A stretch of 64,000 nucleotides of DNA from Lama glama (GCA_028534125.1 CM052818.1:12898001-12962000), one strand, 5' to 3'. Counted from the stretch's first letter, positions 27,745-42,335 are shown. Numbers and translations are program-made. Notes: generated by a model not told the origin, from the letters alone.

Positions 27745-27921
27745 AGAAACTAGTCTAAGAATTTTAGCATTAACCTAATTCAGACACAAGCAATAGTAAA
27801 ATAAGTAGCATTTTGTTAGATGGCTTCTGTATTTTTGTCACACAACTTTTTTATATCAAGGAGTCACAAAATTTCTGGGAAAAGACTCTATATGATGAGA
27901 ATTAATCTAAAGACATAAATA

Positions 27922-28243
27922 CAGGCCTTCCTTGGAGATATTATGGCTTTGGTTCCAGACCACTGCAATAAAGCAAATATGGTAATAAAGCAAGTCACAA
28001 GAACTTTCTGGTTTCCATGTGCGAATAAAAGTTACGTTTACATTCTGCTGTAGTCTACTGCATGCAACAGCACTATGCCTAAAAAAAAATTATATTTACC
28101 TTTATAAAAAATACTTTAATTCCCAAAAAAATGCTAACCATCATCTGACAGCACAGAATTGCCACAAACTTTCAATTTGTTGAAAACAGTATCTGTGAAT
28201 TGCAATGAACTGAAGTAAGCGTAATAAAATGAATTTACACCTG
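27922..28243 (+). mobile_element. Tigger1-derived internally deleted DNA transposon
   Basis: TA|cagg...ggagatatt...ggttccagaccactgcaataaagc ... gccacaaactttcaatttgt...cctg|TA: both Tigger1 ends and TA TSD. Confidence 0.9.
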
Positions 28244-28646
28244 TACTTGCTTAATTAAGTGTAATCAAACATGTGAATTGAAATTTTCTACTGATAATAA
28301 TGCCAAAGAACATCTTCTCAAATGTTATTACCCAAGGTCATTACAATTCATATTACAGACACCTGAACATCTTCCTGGATTCTTAGAAATCTACTAAGAA
28401 CGTGATCTTTATTTTCTAAAAGTGTCATATGAGTAACTCAATACATCTGTCGCCAGATCCCTCTTTCTCCATAGTAAAGCTTATCCAAAAGTACTGTTGG
28501 CCTAGTTTCAATTACTTTATACACTCAAGCAGAAGTTAAAACAGATGCTAATGTACATATAATTAGCCTTTGTAAAAGATCTCGTGGCTTCTCTCTTGTC
28601 AGACTTCTTGTTCATTACCTAATTCCCCAAACACACCAGGTGACTG

Positions 28647-28659
28647 ATTGCTAGGCAAC
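28647..28659 (-). promoter_or_regulatory. RFX X-box-like motif
   Basis: GTTGCCTAGCAAT, 12/13 match to GTTGCCTAGCAAC. Confidence 0.45.
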
Positions 28660-31514
28660 CCAGCAATACCATCCAGAGAATTCTCCTACCCAACTCAACA
28701 GATGCCATCTCATTTAGATACAAAGGGGTTCAAAGCTTCAGAATTTGCTCATGTGACCCAATAAGTCAATATTATTTGGCGATGAATTTCTGACGAGTGA
28801 ACAATAAAAATACACTGCATTAAAACTGCTCATATTGAGACACTTTATTATCAACACTTTTTAATCGTATGTATATGCAGAAAACATGTAGCTAATTTTA
28901 AAATAGCACTTTCTTCATTCCTGACACAAAAACTAATACCATGTAGGTTTTTGCTTTCTTCTTTAAAATCAATTAATTGATAAAATAAGAAAATTGATAA
29001 ATATTGTGTTCTGTAAGGCTTAATACAGTACATAAAAGCATTTTAAAACACTGTCTCAGCTTTAGAGACCTCAAGATGACTATTATGTTTTCATAAAATT
29101 GTGTTTTTTTCCAACTGCTCTCAAATTTATTAAATTCAGCTACCATCTCTAATTTGACTTTACTCTTCATGTAATCTGGGATTACCTTCTGTCAATAGTT
29201 AATCAACTCTTCTATAATTTTTTTAACATAGCAGGTCTCATTATAGACATCAACTGATGTCCAGATCAAAAAGAATTCAATTAAAAAATGTCTTTTGGTA
29301 GTATTCTTTTCATAAGCTGTTTATAGCAATCCATTACAAAGATGTTAGGATCTGTTAATGTGTGGCAGAATCTTCTACACCAAAAAGGCAACTATAAAAT
29401 ATATTATTAAATGATGGTATCCTAGTAAAGGATGACAAACTCAAGTATTAAATTATTCTCCCTCTGACTTCAGGATTCCTTTCCAAATCTGTAAGAAATT
29501 TGTGTTTTTAAAACACTCAGTTGTCTCAAACATAGGTTTCAACTCAACCAGAAGTTACTCAAGTAGATGACTGAGGCTTGGGAGTTTCCAAAAGTTGGAA
29601 TTAAGTAAGTAGCGACCAATTGTGAAGTGCCAACGTTCAATCAGAAAAAGGATGAATTAACCAGATTTGGAAAACTTCCTTAGATGCTAATAAGCAAATG
29701 AAAACCTAGATACTAAAAGGAAAAATAGAAATGACTTTCTGGCTGAACAAAGATTAACTTGATAATTATGTATTTACTATGAAAAATGACTGATGATTAA
29801 CACTTGCATTATAAGGGTAATCTGCAACACTCTTTGACATTTTTTTAAAATTTACTCAAAACAGTCATATTATATAGGCATGTTTTTCTCTTTTAGGAAT
29901 GAAAAAACTAAAGTTGAGAGAGGTAACATCCTCAGAATTAGAACCATCGCTGTGTGACTCACAAATTAGTGGGTTTGCATCTACATTTACATCCTAACAG
30001 GCAAGGACATGCACTTCAGAAATTCTTATGGATGAGGTTCTCCTTTTTATTTAAAAACTCTGAAACAATATGGCAGTTTTCAATGTTTAATATAATCTGG
30101 GTGCTAGAGAAATTAAATTGCACATTACAACAGATATTGGAGTCAATCAGGCAATCACCACCGTATCTAAAATGTACTAAGCTATTTTGGAAAGTAACAA
30201 ATTGGTCACATCAAGGACTTCTTACCTCTCTGTAAACAGAGTCACAAAGGGAAAATCAAATCAGAGATATTCAAAATAAACTCCAACAGCCAAGAGGTTT
30301 CATAAAATTGTAAACTTGACTCTGCACTTTTTGCTTGGGGATTTGCGCCACCTGTATTCAAATCTTGTGCTGCAAATAAAAGTTATTTTACGAGGCTGAG
30401 ACTTACTTCTTTCCTGCCTTATGCCCTTATATGTATTGCAGATTTTATGAAGTCTATACATAAAACCATCTGAATCAATTTCTCCTAGAAAGACTCACCT
30501 TGAATTAAAAGTGTTTATACTCATCTAAATACTCATGGAATTAATGCCCTTATTTGAAGGTTATTTATATTTTTAAATTGTTAATTCTTTGGGAAAGATA
30601 GGGTTAAAATTATTCCTACTGAAGTTGTTCTTTCAGTACAACTGAAATCAACCACGGAAAGCACTCCTAAACAAAACTTTCTTTTTTTTTCTTTCTATAC
30701 AAAACCTAATGTAAGCTATAACTAAAGTAGTGATCTACATTGAAACGGGGAGGGAAAATGCTCAACTGATTTTCTAAAAAGCCTTTTTCTTACAATCAAA
30801 GAAAATCATCATCACATGACTTCACTTTTATACAGTCATATGGCTGCATCATCAATCTTCAGAATCCTATTCATTCAGACTGAATGCAGTTACTCTGGAA
30901 TTTTGTGAACTTCTAAGGTACCATGGAGTGGAACATTAAAATAAGGGAAAAAATGAAGATGTAGTGCAAGAACATATATTAAAAAGCTGTCTTTCAGAGG
31001 TCACAGCCAGACATTTGTTATTACTGTAAGGCTATTTGATTGGCACTCATTTGCTAGATATTAAGAACTTTAGACTGATTTACTTGGCAAAAATTCAACA
31101 AAAGCTATCATTTTAAGCCTGATGCACAAGTGGGTAAGCTAATTGATTTAAACATACAAGCAGGGGATTAGTGTATGAATATATTCCAAAAAAGCAAAAC
31201 TTTAATCAGTACATTTTTAAAATGTATACAGGAAAAATTCTTTGAGTAAATTTGCATAATTCTGGACTTTGCTATCAAATTGGAGTTGCATGGGGAGTAT
31301 TTAAAGGAGACACATTATAAGAGAAGAGATAGAAGGTGGTCTTAGAGTACTATACAGTACCAAAATAAACCCAAAGACTTCGTCTTTACCATTCTTTTGG
31401 CAATAATCATGTACTGCCCACAATATTCCAGGTTGTTACACTGAACTATGATTTAGCTCATATGCTTTTTAACTATTCATATTTTTTCTGTGAAATTTAG
31501 GGGGTAAATAGGCT

Positions 31515-31680
31515 ACATTGGTAAAGAAAACAAGCTCCAGCATAAGACTGGATAGAAATTCCAGCTCCATTATTTAACAACTGTGCGATTTCGAGTAAAT
31601 TTGTTAAAATCTTCAGGACTTTGTTTTGTGTGTAGAATAGAGATAATAACTGTATCTACTACAGAGAGTCTTTTGTAATG
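31515..31680 (+). mobile_element. MIR SINE fragment
   Basis: tggtaaagaaaacaagctcc...aattccagctccattatttaacaactgtgcgatttcgagtaaatt. Confidence 0.6.
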
Positions 31681-32084
31681 ATTTCAACACTCACAAGTAT
31701 AGAATTACAATTTTATGCACAGAAGGCATATTTTTTACAGCCAAAGATTGATAGCCATTTCAAATTTCTGCCAATTTCTGGAAGTAAAAGAATAAATCAC
31801 GTGTACATATATTTAAAAACATTTAAACTCACATATATCTACAGACTACATTTGGTACAATGCTAGAAAATTCAGACAAAGAATTTATTGATGAGTTTAA
31901 TACTTTGAAAATGAAGAAACTACATAATATTTGGTTTGTTTTATACATCTAGATAATCTGAACAAATTTTAAAAGTTGATCTTTGTCTTCACTTAATTTC
32001 AAAGCATTATGGAATTACAAGTCTGGAAAGTTTCATGGGAAATTACTGAAACTAGCTCAGCCCATTCTATTGCACTCTATTCAG

Positions 32085-32810
32085 TCATTCTTATTTAAAC
32101 CTTCCATGTGTCCAGGGTTGGACAAAGAATTGGAGAAGCAGATTAATAAGATTCCAGCCATGCCTGTATTTAAGGAATTCAAAAGCTAGAGGAGAAAATA
32201 GACACAGGCATTTAAAACAGTAATATACTTGTTAAGTACCAAAAGGAGTACCACATAGAATGAGATATCTGGAGTGTTGTTACTAAACAGGACAGAACGG
32301 CAGTTAGCTATCAGTGAAGGTTCTAGAAATGAGGAGGAATTTACACTGCATTCACACCAACAAACAGGAAAGATTTCTTGTGGAAAAATATGTACAAAAG
32401 CAAAAAGATGTAACTAATTTGGAAGAACTGCAAGTAGTGTGGCACTGATGAGTGCATTTGATGAAATAATCAGAAGTGAGACTGGTTACTCAGAAGGATA
32501 CAATGACGGGATTCATGGCGTTCCCAGTGAGAATGGATAATGTGTCTTACACATGAGATCATATCCTATCTTGGATATCTACTTCTGGAATTATGGTAGG
32601 GGATGACTTCAAGAAAAGGACCCTAGTTAGGAAAACATTGCATTAGCTCAGGAAAGGCATAAAGAGATGGGGAGCAATAGGAACCAAGATGATGATAAAA
32701 ACATGATAGACATTCAAGAGGTACACTCTATACTAATTAATGACATGAAAAAAAAACAGAAATCTGAAGAAAACTCCAGTTTTATACTTTGAGTAATTGG
32801 GGCCTGGTAA
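32085..32810 (-). mobile_element. L2 fragment
   Basis: cattcttatttaaaccttccatgtgtccagg...aaggaattcaaaagctagagg antisense L2 3' region. Confidence 0.55.
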
Positions 32811-33429
32811 ATACAAAAGTTAAACAAGTTTAATAGAAAGTCAAAAATTAAAATAGAACAAATATAGCAATATAACAATCACAAGAAAAAGACAAAAAAA
32901 GTTATATTAATACTAACAACTAATATTTATTGCAAACTTGCCACATGCTGAGGATTGCACAAACTCTTTATACACTCTATTTCATTTAATTATGAGCAAG
33001 ATACACTAAGAGCATAAACTAGAGAGTAATTGACTCTTCTGGGTAACACCTTTCAAGGATTAATATTATGGGTCTGGATCAAGCATGTGGGTGGCAATTT
33101 GAGGGTTTGGGGGTCACAGTTCTGTGGGGCATCCCACTCACAGCAGTGGAGAGCAAAAGGAGACAATGGTATGGTTTATCCAAAGTCCTAAATTATACCA
33201 AGGATCAAGATAAGGAAATCAAGATGAATCTCAAGTCAAAAATACAGGAGCATGACTGAAATTAAGAGCTAAAGCCAATGAGGAGTAGATCAGAGGATTC
33301 AGTAATAGTCCTCTGCTGACCCTTAGCCATAGGATGTGAGAGTTGTAGAAGCATAGCTAGAGGTGATCACAGGTGAGTCAACAGAGGGTTGTGAGCTTTG
33401 GGTACTTTTGGGGTTTGGGTACAAATCTA

Positions 33430-33785
33430 TTATTTGTTTCTAGTTTAATTCTAGCTTTCTTTTTATTATTTGCAGGGTATATATTTTTCAATCCTAATAT
33501 TTTATCCTTGTATTTTTTTCTATTTTTAAAATGGGCTCCTTGTAGAGAGCACAGAGTTGAATCTTTCTGTTACACCCAATCTAACAGTGCATGTCTTTTA
33601 CTTGGGGGGTTTAGAGCATCTCTGTGATTACTCATAGGTTGCAGTAAAATCTACAACTTTCTAGCTGTATTTATTTATTCCATCTGTTCTTTTTTATTTT
33701 CTTTTTTGCATGCTTTTACATTAATTGAGCATTCTTATGATTCTATTTCCCCTCTTACTTTATCATTTATATTTTTTTATTTTAC
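33430..33785 (-). mobile_element. Old L1 fragment
   Basis: ctagctttctttttattatttgc...tccttgtagagagcacagagttgaatct antisense L1. Confidence 0.6.
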
Positions 33786-33799
33786 AGTTCATATAATTG

Positions 33800-34215
33800 C
33801 CAAAAATGCCCTGCACAGTCTGCACCACCTTCTTTCACTGACTGCTCAAGCTACCTCCACCTCCTAGTTGCTCTCTGCATATGGCAGACATGCTCCTCTC
33901 TCAAGATCTATTTCATGTTTCCTCTGCTAAAATGTTCCTCCCAAGATCTACGTGTTCCACACTCTAGCTTCCTTTGTATAAATACCACCTTCTCGGTGAA
34001 GCCCTTCCAGACTACCTTATTTTGTACTGAATTCCTCATTAGTCCCTACCATCATGTGCTTATATTATTTATTTATATTTTAAATCTCTTCTCCACTCAT
34101 CAGAATCTAACTTCCATGGAAGCAGATATTTTTGTCTATTTCAAATAGTACTGTATCTCCAGTGCCTAGAAAAGAGCTTGTTCCCAGATTCTTAGTAAAA
34201 AGCTGTTGAATTAAT
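33800..34215 (+). mobile_element. L2 3' end
   Basis: aacttccatggaagcagatatttttgtctattt...ctgtatctccagtgcctagaa...tgttgaattaatga. Confidence 0.7.
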
Positions 34216-34932
34216 GAGTATTTATAAATTGAAAAAAGGAACCAGTGAAGTGGGAGAGATTAATACCAAAGAAGAGATCAAATGACAAAAGATGTAATAA
34301 GGAACTAGAGGCAGGTAGCAGGAGAGGATGCGGCACAGAGCACCAGAAAACAACCAGTCCTGGCCCTGTCCCTCTATACCTGGAGTATATAAAAGTAGAT
34401 AAACTAATGGGTAGTAGGGCAGAAAGTTGAGAGAATTTATGTTAAGTAGTTCCTGTTTTCCTTCTGACATAGGGTTATTTGCTGCGATTTGGGCAGGGTG
34501 TATGAGTGGTAAAGGGCAGGGATCCAAAAGGACCACATCCAAAGAGTGAAGAGCACACTTGTATTCTCCCAAGTTACATAAATTCTGCTTAATGAGAGGC
34601 AAGCACGGGTTTAAGAAACACTATCCATGAAGCTTTAAACTCTGGAATGACTGGCAATTTTATTTTCAATCTATCTATAACCTGAAATATAAAAGCAATT
34701 TATTTTTGTGTTGCCTATCTTAAGTCTTTTTTTTTTTTATCTTAAGTCTTTAATAAAGCTTTTCAAGGTTTTTAAACATTGTTTAAAACACCAAATTTAG
34801 TTGCATTCTATATAGGTTTATCTACCTAAGTTTATGAAATATTTGCTTTGCATTACCTTTCCACCAACTTCAAATAGAAAATATAAATTGAGCTATAAAT
34901 GTGAGGGAGAACAACAAATTAATTTAACTTAC

Positions 34933-35181
34933 TTTGTGTCTGAATTCTCCATTTTTCATTAAAGATTGGATTTGGTCAAGGCTGGAACTGACATATCAAA
35001 ATATCTCAAAATCAATAATTCTGGTTTTTTTCCAATTTCAAATCATTCTGGAGCTGACATATTATTGCAGCTGCAGAATTTCTAGTTTTCTGTGCCCTCT
35101 CCATAAGACTTTTGGCAGGTGGACACAGAGATAAGAGCACTTCCATTCTTGGGAGTCATATTACTAATATTCCCTGGCAAC
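34933..35181 (-). other. Candidate alternative first exon with X-box-like motif
   Basis: GTTGCCAGGGAAT at 35169-35181 upstream of donor AAA|GTAAGT at 34933; ATGs give MKNGEFRHK or MENSDT. Confidence 0.25.
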
Positions 35182-35699
35182 TAGGAATGACTTCATCTTT
35201 CAGCCATGCCTGATTCTGCCACAGATATGCAGGCCTTGCCTTCGTATAGAATAAATTCATATGTGATTTAATGAGAAAAATATTAATAAATCTCTGTAAT
35301 ATTTGATGCTTTTTTGAGAAGATATCAATGAATCTGAGACCACTGATCTTTCACTTATTAAATGCATATGAAATGAATGTGTTCACTTTTGAAGTTAAAC
35401 AATAATGCTGTAAAATAACCAGTGTAAATCACATTCCTCTTTACTACATCTGCTAACCAGAAAATCAATAGCATGGATTTCCTGACAGTTAAAATGGATA
35501 GATACATACTTACAAACCCTAAATCAAGCAGGTAAGCAGGCTAAAGTAAAACAAACAAGTTCAGCATAAGAAGGAATATCAATCAGTAAGAAATGATGAA
35601 GTATTTTGGTGGCAGCAAAGAACACAGACCCAAGAACATAATACATTCCATGAGGATAGAATTTGTGTCTGATAATAGATAAACTGAGTAAAGTTTTGG

Positions 35700-35880
35700 C
35701 ATTATAAGCCTCTAGCTGTGTGACTGAACAAGTTACTAAATTAGCCTAAGACTTAGTTACCCCCGGTACCTGAAGATAAGGAGACCTACTCAACATGATG
35801 GCTAGGTGGATTAAATGAGATAAACGTATATAATAATTGTCCAACATCTATCTCATACACAGTATGAGCTTACTCAACAA
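35700..35880 (+). mobile_element. MIR SINE fragment
   Basis: tagctgtgtgactgaacaagttactaaa...ggattaaatgagataa. Confidence 0.65.
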
Positions 35881-38800
35881 CTTTCAGTTGCCTTTTTGTA
35901 TTCTTAGGTCTCAAAAACTTGATTCAGAGACCATCAATCATTTTCTGAACAGACAATTTGTACTATGAATTAAAACAAGACTTTACTTGCATGATCTAGG
36001 TAACAGAGTTCTAGATAAGACTTATAACAATGTGGAACATACTACAAACATTTTATAGATAAAGACACTAAGTCCAGAGAACTCCAGTAACTCATAGGAG
36101 GTCACAGAGGTAATAAATAACAAAGCTAGAATTTCTGACCTCAGAATCAAAGACTTAAGTTCAAGATAATCTTAAGAACAGACCAGACCAAACATATCTA
36201 TTAGACTTGATTGGTTTACATATGGCCTTCCTACTCCCCAACAAATGAAAAGATGAGTAAGAAACCTCAGGATCTTACTCCTCTTCAAACTCAATCCCAC
36301 CTGTGCCTCCATTATGTAAAATTAAACAGGCAGTATAATCTATAAGGCAAATCTGAATATGTTCCAAGACACACAGACCAGCACCTCAGGGACCATTAAT
36401 TTCTCTATCTGCTACCATAACTATCTTCCTGAATATATGACCAAAATGTAGAAGGAATGGCCATGTCCCTACAGTTAGGAGGTTTTTTTTCAATGTTTCT
36501 TCTATTAAAACATCTAACAAAAATATAAATATATAGTATGCAAACATTTGTATCTCTAACCCTTAGAGGCTTCTGCTTTGTAAACCAATAATGAAGGATA
36601 TCGGATTAACTGAATAGGAAAATCACAGAATAAAGACTTCACCCCAACAAAGCACTCAGTCTGACATTAACTAAAAATGTTGAAGACAAATACTGATTGG
36701 AAAACTATGAATATTTCAGAAAAACACCTTAGTGGTTTATTGGCTAATGACAATAACTTCTATTTATTGTAAAACTGTTTTATGCAAGACACTGAAACGT
36801 AACTTGAAAAGTTGAAAAGAACACAGCTGCTAAGAGGGAGAACTGGGAATTGAAACTAACGCTGTGTGAATCCCATTCTAACCACAAGGCAATGGTGTCC
36901 ACACTATTCAGTCACCTAATAAACTCTCCTCATCTACTCCTGACACTGCCACAACTAACACCTGCAGAAATGGTTGATTAGGCTTTGCTTATAAATAATT
37001 GCTATGATGATACTGCTATCATATACTATTGCATTTCATCTGCAGGAACCCCAATTCTCCATTTTGAGATAAAGCAATAAGGTATTTCTTTCTGAATCCT
37101 CCTACACCAAACTGAACTCATAAACTCCAAGAAGCACCATGAATTCATTAACTCCCAGAAACGAAACATAAAAGATACAAAATTCTACAACTTTCACACA
37201 TATCTCTCTTCTCATGTAACCAGATTACAGCCATGTCTGTGATAAAGCATCACCAATATTCACCAGTTATTCACCCCTAGAAGAAATCAGAAAATTAAGT
37301 AAATGCAGTCTAACCCAGGAAGGAAATTTACCAGAGCATAAAGCAATTATCTGACTTGGCATCTGACCAGAATGCTCAGGTTAACTAGAATTCAATAAGG
37401 AATTTTACCCTTGCAAAATGACCTTGACTTCGTAATCATTTTGGTCTATCTTTAAGAGTTTCTGTGAAAATGCACTTGGAATTTTTAAAAAGAAACCTGA
37501 GGTTTCTAATGTTCTACAAGTGCATTAGAAATAGCCAACACTAACTAACCACCATTGGCATTTTTCAATCAAGGACTTGCCATCCAGAATCCTCAATAAG
37601 GTTGGAAATACTTTTTGAGTTCAGGGTAATCTTCAAAAATCTTCAAAATAATAGAAAAGGAAGAAAATAAACTAGCAACAAGAAAGTAAAGCTTTCTCTA
37701 ATATTTTGGTTGAAGTATGGGTTTAGTCTTTAAGTCAGATGAATAGAAAGCCTTATAAGTCATTGTCACAGAAACAAAATAAGTTACTATAAAATAAGTT
37801 GCTATAAAACAAAGTAAGTTGTTATAAATTTGATGCACATCAATTTATTTGACCATGAGCTATCCCTATTGGTCATTAAATCAAACTAAAACATTGAACA
37901 TAATTATGTAGTTGTTCAGATATTTTGGAGAGGTTTATTCAGTCAGTCAGTAATCATTTATGGAGTCCTTATTTCATGCAAAAACTATTCTGGGGGCACA
38001 GAGTCAAATGTTATAAAGCCTTCACTCAGAGAACTCACAGCCCAACGAGGCACCTACAGATGAATATAACTCAATCTTCACTCTTCTAACCTAACTAGCT
38101 CTTATAAACACAAATAATAAGGCACATGAATTCTATGACATATTTATTACCACCCACAAAACAAAACACTGTTTTAGTCTGCAGATAGCACATATAGAAA
38201 TGAAACCAGTCACACTCTTTCACTGCTTTGGTCTCAAGAACTTAAACAATGTATTTTAAGAATGTAAAGTGATGTAAGCCTATTTTAAAGTTACCACTCT
38301 ATTTTCTACGTCAAAGACTAAGCATTACATTTACATGTGGTCAATCCTATTGACATGATTTGAGCTCCTTTTCTGGGGACAAATGGCCATTCACAGATAC
38401 AGATGCCAATGCCTAACATATTTAGTTCTAGCATCCAGCTGAAGTTAGTGGCAAAGAAATTTTAAAAATTGAGATTCTGTTCAAAGGAATGTGATAAATT
38501 TTACATTTTTATGTGGTTTCACATGAACTATGCAAAATAAAAGGATTGGGGACATTATTTTACATATATTGCATTATATGTATGTGTATGTTTAGGTAAA
38601 AGAGAAATGTAATAACCAGTTTGAAAAGTTTATGTATTTCTTTTTATGTTTAATGGGAAGTGGGTAAGAAAATATGTTTGATATAGGGTCTGTTTAAAAA
38701 TTCTACATTGATCCTTAACTTTTGCTTTTGCTTCTTTTCCCATCAAATCTACCAGTCATTTAACCAAAAATTCCCAGATTTCTTCAACAATGAGTCTGCT

Positions 38801-38998
38801 GTCTATGATCTTTCTGGAAAAAAAAAAAAAAAACAGGGAGGGGCAGCCAAAGTAGGAGGCATAAGTCCTCCTGAATGAACCCAGGTACTTTCAATCAGAC
38901 AGACAGATGGCCACACATCATGGTTTGCAAACACTGGTTGCTGGGAAATCTAGAGGAGTCACCTAGAATACTCAACATGGAAACTCAGGTAATATTGT

Positions 38999-39355
38999 TG
39001 CTATGGACTGAAAAGTATCACCCCAAATTCATATGTTGAAGCCCTAACCCCCAATATAATTGTATTTGAAGACAGAGCCTTTCAGAGGTATTAGGTTTCA
39101 GGGAGGTATGGAGGGTGGGGCCTTCAGTATGGAATTAGTGCCCTTATAAGAAGAGACACTAGAGATCTTGCTATCTCTGTCATGTGAGAACACAGGAAAA
39201 AGGCAGCTTTCTACAAGTCAGGAGAAGAGTACTCACCAGACTCCAATCATACAACACCCTGATCTAGATTCCAAAACTGTGAGAAAAGTAATTTCTTTTG
39301 TTTAAGCCATGCAGTGTATGGTATTTCATTATGGCAGTCCAAGTAGATGAAGATA
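38999..39355 (+). mobile_element. MLT1A-like MaLR solo LTR
   Basis: tgctatggactgaa...aaattcatatgttgaagccctaacccccaat...; 5-bp TSD attgt/gttgt. Confidence 0.9.
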
Positions 39356-40754
39356 GTTGTCTAAATTTTTTAGCATTGAATTTGGAAGAAAATAGTAATT
39401 ATGCTATAAATTCATAACCACAAGTCTTTTAATCTATGCTTCTGAATTGGGAGCTTATTTTAAAAGAATATATATATGTATCCAACTCATTCATCTACTT
39501 TCTGACTATTCAGCTTCCTGGATATCAACAAGAATAAATTTTTCTATGTGTGCAATAAAATAAAAATGGATATCTTTTCCCAAATCTAGGAAAACCTGAG
39601 ACTCTATCACAAAGTATAAACATCATAAAGAATTTCAGCTACAGGGATATAACCATGATTATTTCACACTCCTGAATACCTACAGAAATTTTATAGAATC
39701 TTAAGCTTCCTTTCACTCATGATACTGGAGTCTAATGAATGTGCTGACATTCTTTTGTCTGATTCCCTAAGCTCCATTCCTGTATCAAACCATCAGACAG
39801 TAAAGCACATTTACCACATTATCTCAGCCCTTCAAAGAACTGCTTTCACTAAGGCACAACTTAATGTAATGTTCTTTGCCTCTATCAAAGGTCGATACAA
39901 GAACCATTAGTTTGGGACAATGTTTCTTTAGGTTTGAAGATTTTATTCCTAGATGTTCTCTGTACAAGGACTCGAGAAACAAATTTCCACTCTTTTTTTT
40001 TTTTTTTGCAAGAAAAAAAACTGTTCTCACATCTCCCTTTTGTCAAAAAATACAAATAAAAGTTGTTAAACTTTCTGTGTTTCTTTTTTTTTCTTTTCCT
40101 TAACAACTGAAAATTTAAAGCCAAATCTCATTGCTGTTATCTGGTTATGTGTAATCTATTTCATTAGGGCACAAAAAAAAATCTTCTACACTTGGGATAT
40201 ACAATGCAACATACCTTTTAATAATATGAGTAAGCATTTCTTTAAGACACACGATACAGTAGCTGAAACAGAGTAATTTCCTTTACGCAGGGATTCTGCC
40301 TTATATTTCACCACAGCTTTTCACTGATGCCTTTGGAAATAATCAAAAACCAAAAGCAACTATTTCCATATGGCATTTCAAACACTGTGTGATCAGAGAA
40401 GTGGCTTGCACTTAATGGGCATATACTGAGTTAAATTAAGGCAAAGTGCGAAATGCACTACAGATTCAGCACAGTCAGTACAATCCAAATAATAAGGCCA
40501 TATCACTAAATTTATAGCAGAAAATAATGTTGCACAGTGCCTCACAAGGCAAGCAATGTAATTCCTAAAAATAATTTGAATAGGAAATCCTCCACATTAG
40601 TCATATATTACAAAATTAGAAAAATACTACTGGAAAAAATATATATCTAAAGATGTTGACTTTGGGCTTTTCCCAAAGAATGGTGAAGTTCCTAGCAAAC
40701 AGTGCTATAAGAAGATGAAACACTCTGTACAGGGAGCTTCCAGTTACCTGTTAA

Positions 40755-41615
40755 GCACCTCACTCTTAAAAAAGAAGAGATTATCAAAGCATTACCAGAT
40801 ATTTGAGGGATGTTCCTCGATGAAAAGAAAATAAGTAAGCAGGAAAAAGGCACCTTGGAAAGCTGAAGAAAATATGAATACTTTATTGTTAATGGTCTCA
40901 GAGAGATGAGAAGTTATTGAAATTGTGATATAAAAGCAGATTGCTATAAAATAGAAACAGAGAACAAGAAAAAAATATATAGAACCGGACAGCAAAAAAA
41001 AATAAGAAATTCAAGAGAAGGGTTGGAAGATAAAATTGAAAAAATTTATCAGAAACACAGAACCAAAAAAAAAAAAGAAAAAGAAACACAGAATCAAAAA
41101 GATAATAACTGAAAAATAAAGGAGAAAAAAAGAGAAAATTATAGTATCAATCCAGGTATTCCAACATTCAACTAATTAGAGCACTAACATTCAGAGTCAA
41201 AGCACAGAAAAAGTAGAGGGGAGCAAATTATCAAAGAAATATTATACTGTAAGAGTCAACTATACATCAATAATTTTTTTTAATTTTTAAATGAGAAAAA
41301 TATTTTAAAAGGAAATATTACAAGAAAATTGTCCAAAAGAAATTGAGTTTCCAGATTGAAAATATCTTCCAAGTGTCTAGCACAATGAATGAAAAAAATC
41401 CAAACCAAGGTGACTGTCATGAAATTTAAAAACAGTAAAGATATAGGAAAGATGCTAAAAGCAACCAGAGGAGGAAAAAAAAATGATAACAAAGAATCAG
41501 GAATCAGAATAATATGTGACTTTTCAATAGAAACACTGACAGCCAGAGATAATGAGGAATGGTTTCAACATTTTAATCTAAAGGAACGTTATTTACAACA
41601 CCAGATTTTATACAA
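40755..41615 (+). mobile_element. HAL1 / ancient L1 ORF1 relic
   Basis: ORF 41389: VMKFKNSKDIGKMLKATR...IRIICDFSIETLTAR...LKERYLQHQILY matches the L1 ORF1p C-terminal pattern. Confidence 0.75.
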
Positions 41616-41639
41616 AAATCAAATCAAATTTTATACAGC

Positions 41640-41920
41640 ACCCTTCCTCTCTTCTCCCCACCTCTTGCTCCTGTTTCCTGCTTTGAGTGCAGATGTGACA
41701 CCAGAGATCAAGCAGATATTTTTTGACCATCCAAACCATGCATGAGCACGGAGTAACAGAGACAAGCAGCCAGGATCCTTGATGACTTTGGAGCTACCAT
41801 AACTGCAGAGAACTAGCTCTCTACTACTTTCATACCAGCAAAAAGTCAACTCATTGCTTGTGTAAGCCCCTGTTGTTTTGGTGTCTTTTATGTATGAGCA
41901 GCCAAGGGCAATTTATAACC
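41640..41920 (+). mobile_element. Old MLT1 LTR fragment
   Basis: ggatccttgatgactttggagctaccata...ttgtgtaagcccctgttgttttgg...gcagccaa. Confidence 0.55.
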
Positions 41921-42253
41921 CATACGTATGAATCCAAGAAATGGGCTTTATCAGATTAGGAAGGTATAGAAATTCTTAGTATGACGAGGAGAAGTTGCAA
42001 ACTGACAGTTGTATATCTGACTGAGAGAGCAACCAGTCCATAATGGAGCAGGAAAAAAGAAATGATATATTAAGAGGTATTTTACAACTCTGTCAGTGAA
42101 TTTATGCATACAATGAAGCAAAGACATACACACAAAGCAGTTATTAACTCCAATAAAAACAAAATTTATACAAAAAGACAGTAAAATAATTGTATGGCAT
42201 GTAATTTCAGTGGTGAACAATATTTAACAACAAGGGGCATCATAAGATGAAAC

Positions 42254-42335
42254 TAGTGGTTTTCAACCAGAGGCAATTTTGTCCTCCAGGAGATATTTGG
42301 CAATGTCTAGAGATATTTTTGGTTACCACAGCTAG
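42254..42335 (+). mobile_element. MER20 5' fragment
   Basis: tagtggttttcaaccagaggcaattttgtcctccaggagatatttggcaatgtctagagatatttttggtt. Confidence 0.8.

Noticed and set aside
28851..29400. Stop-poor minus-strand frame (…MKSKVKLEMVAEFNKFESSW…) as a processed pseudogene or fossil RT/transposase
   Set aside because: No motif I recognise, several stops, no poly(A) or TSD; a translated search would be needed.
30400..30600. Consensus minus-strand donors (AAG|GTGAGT at 30499)
   Set aside because: No strong matching acceptor; such motifs occur by chance.
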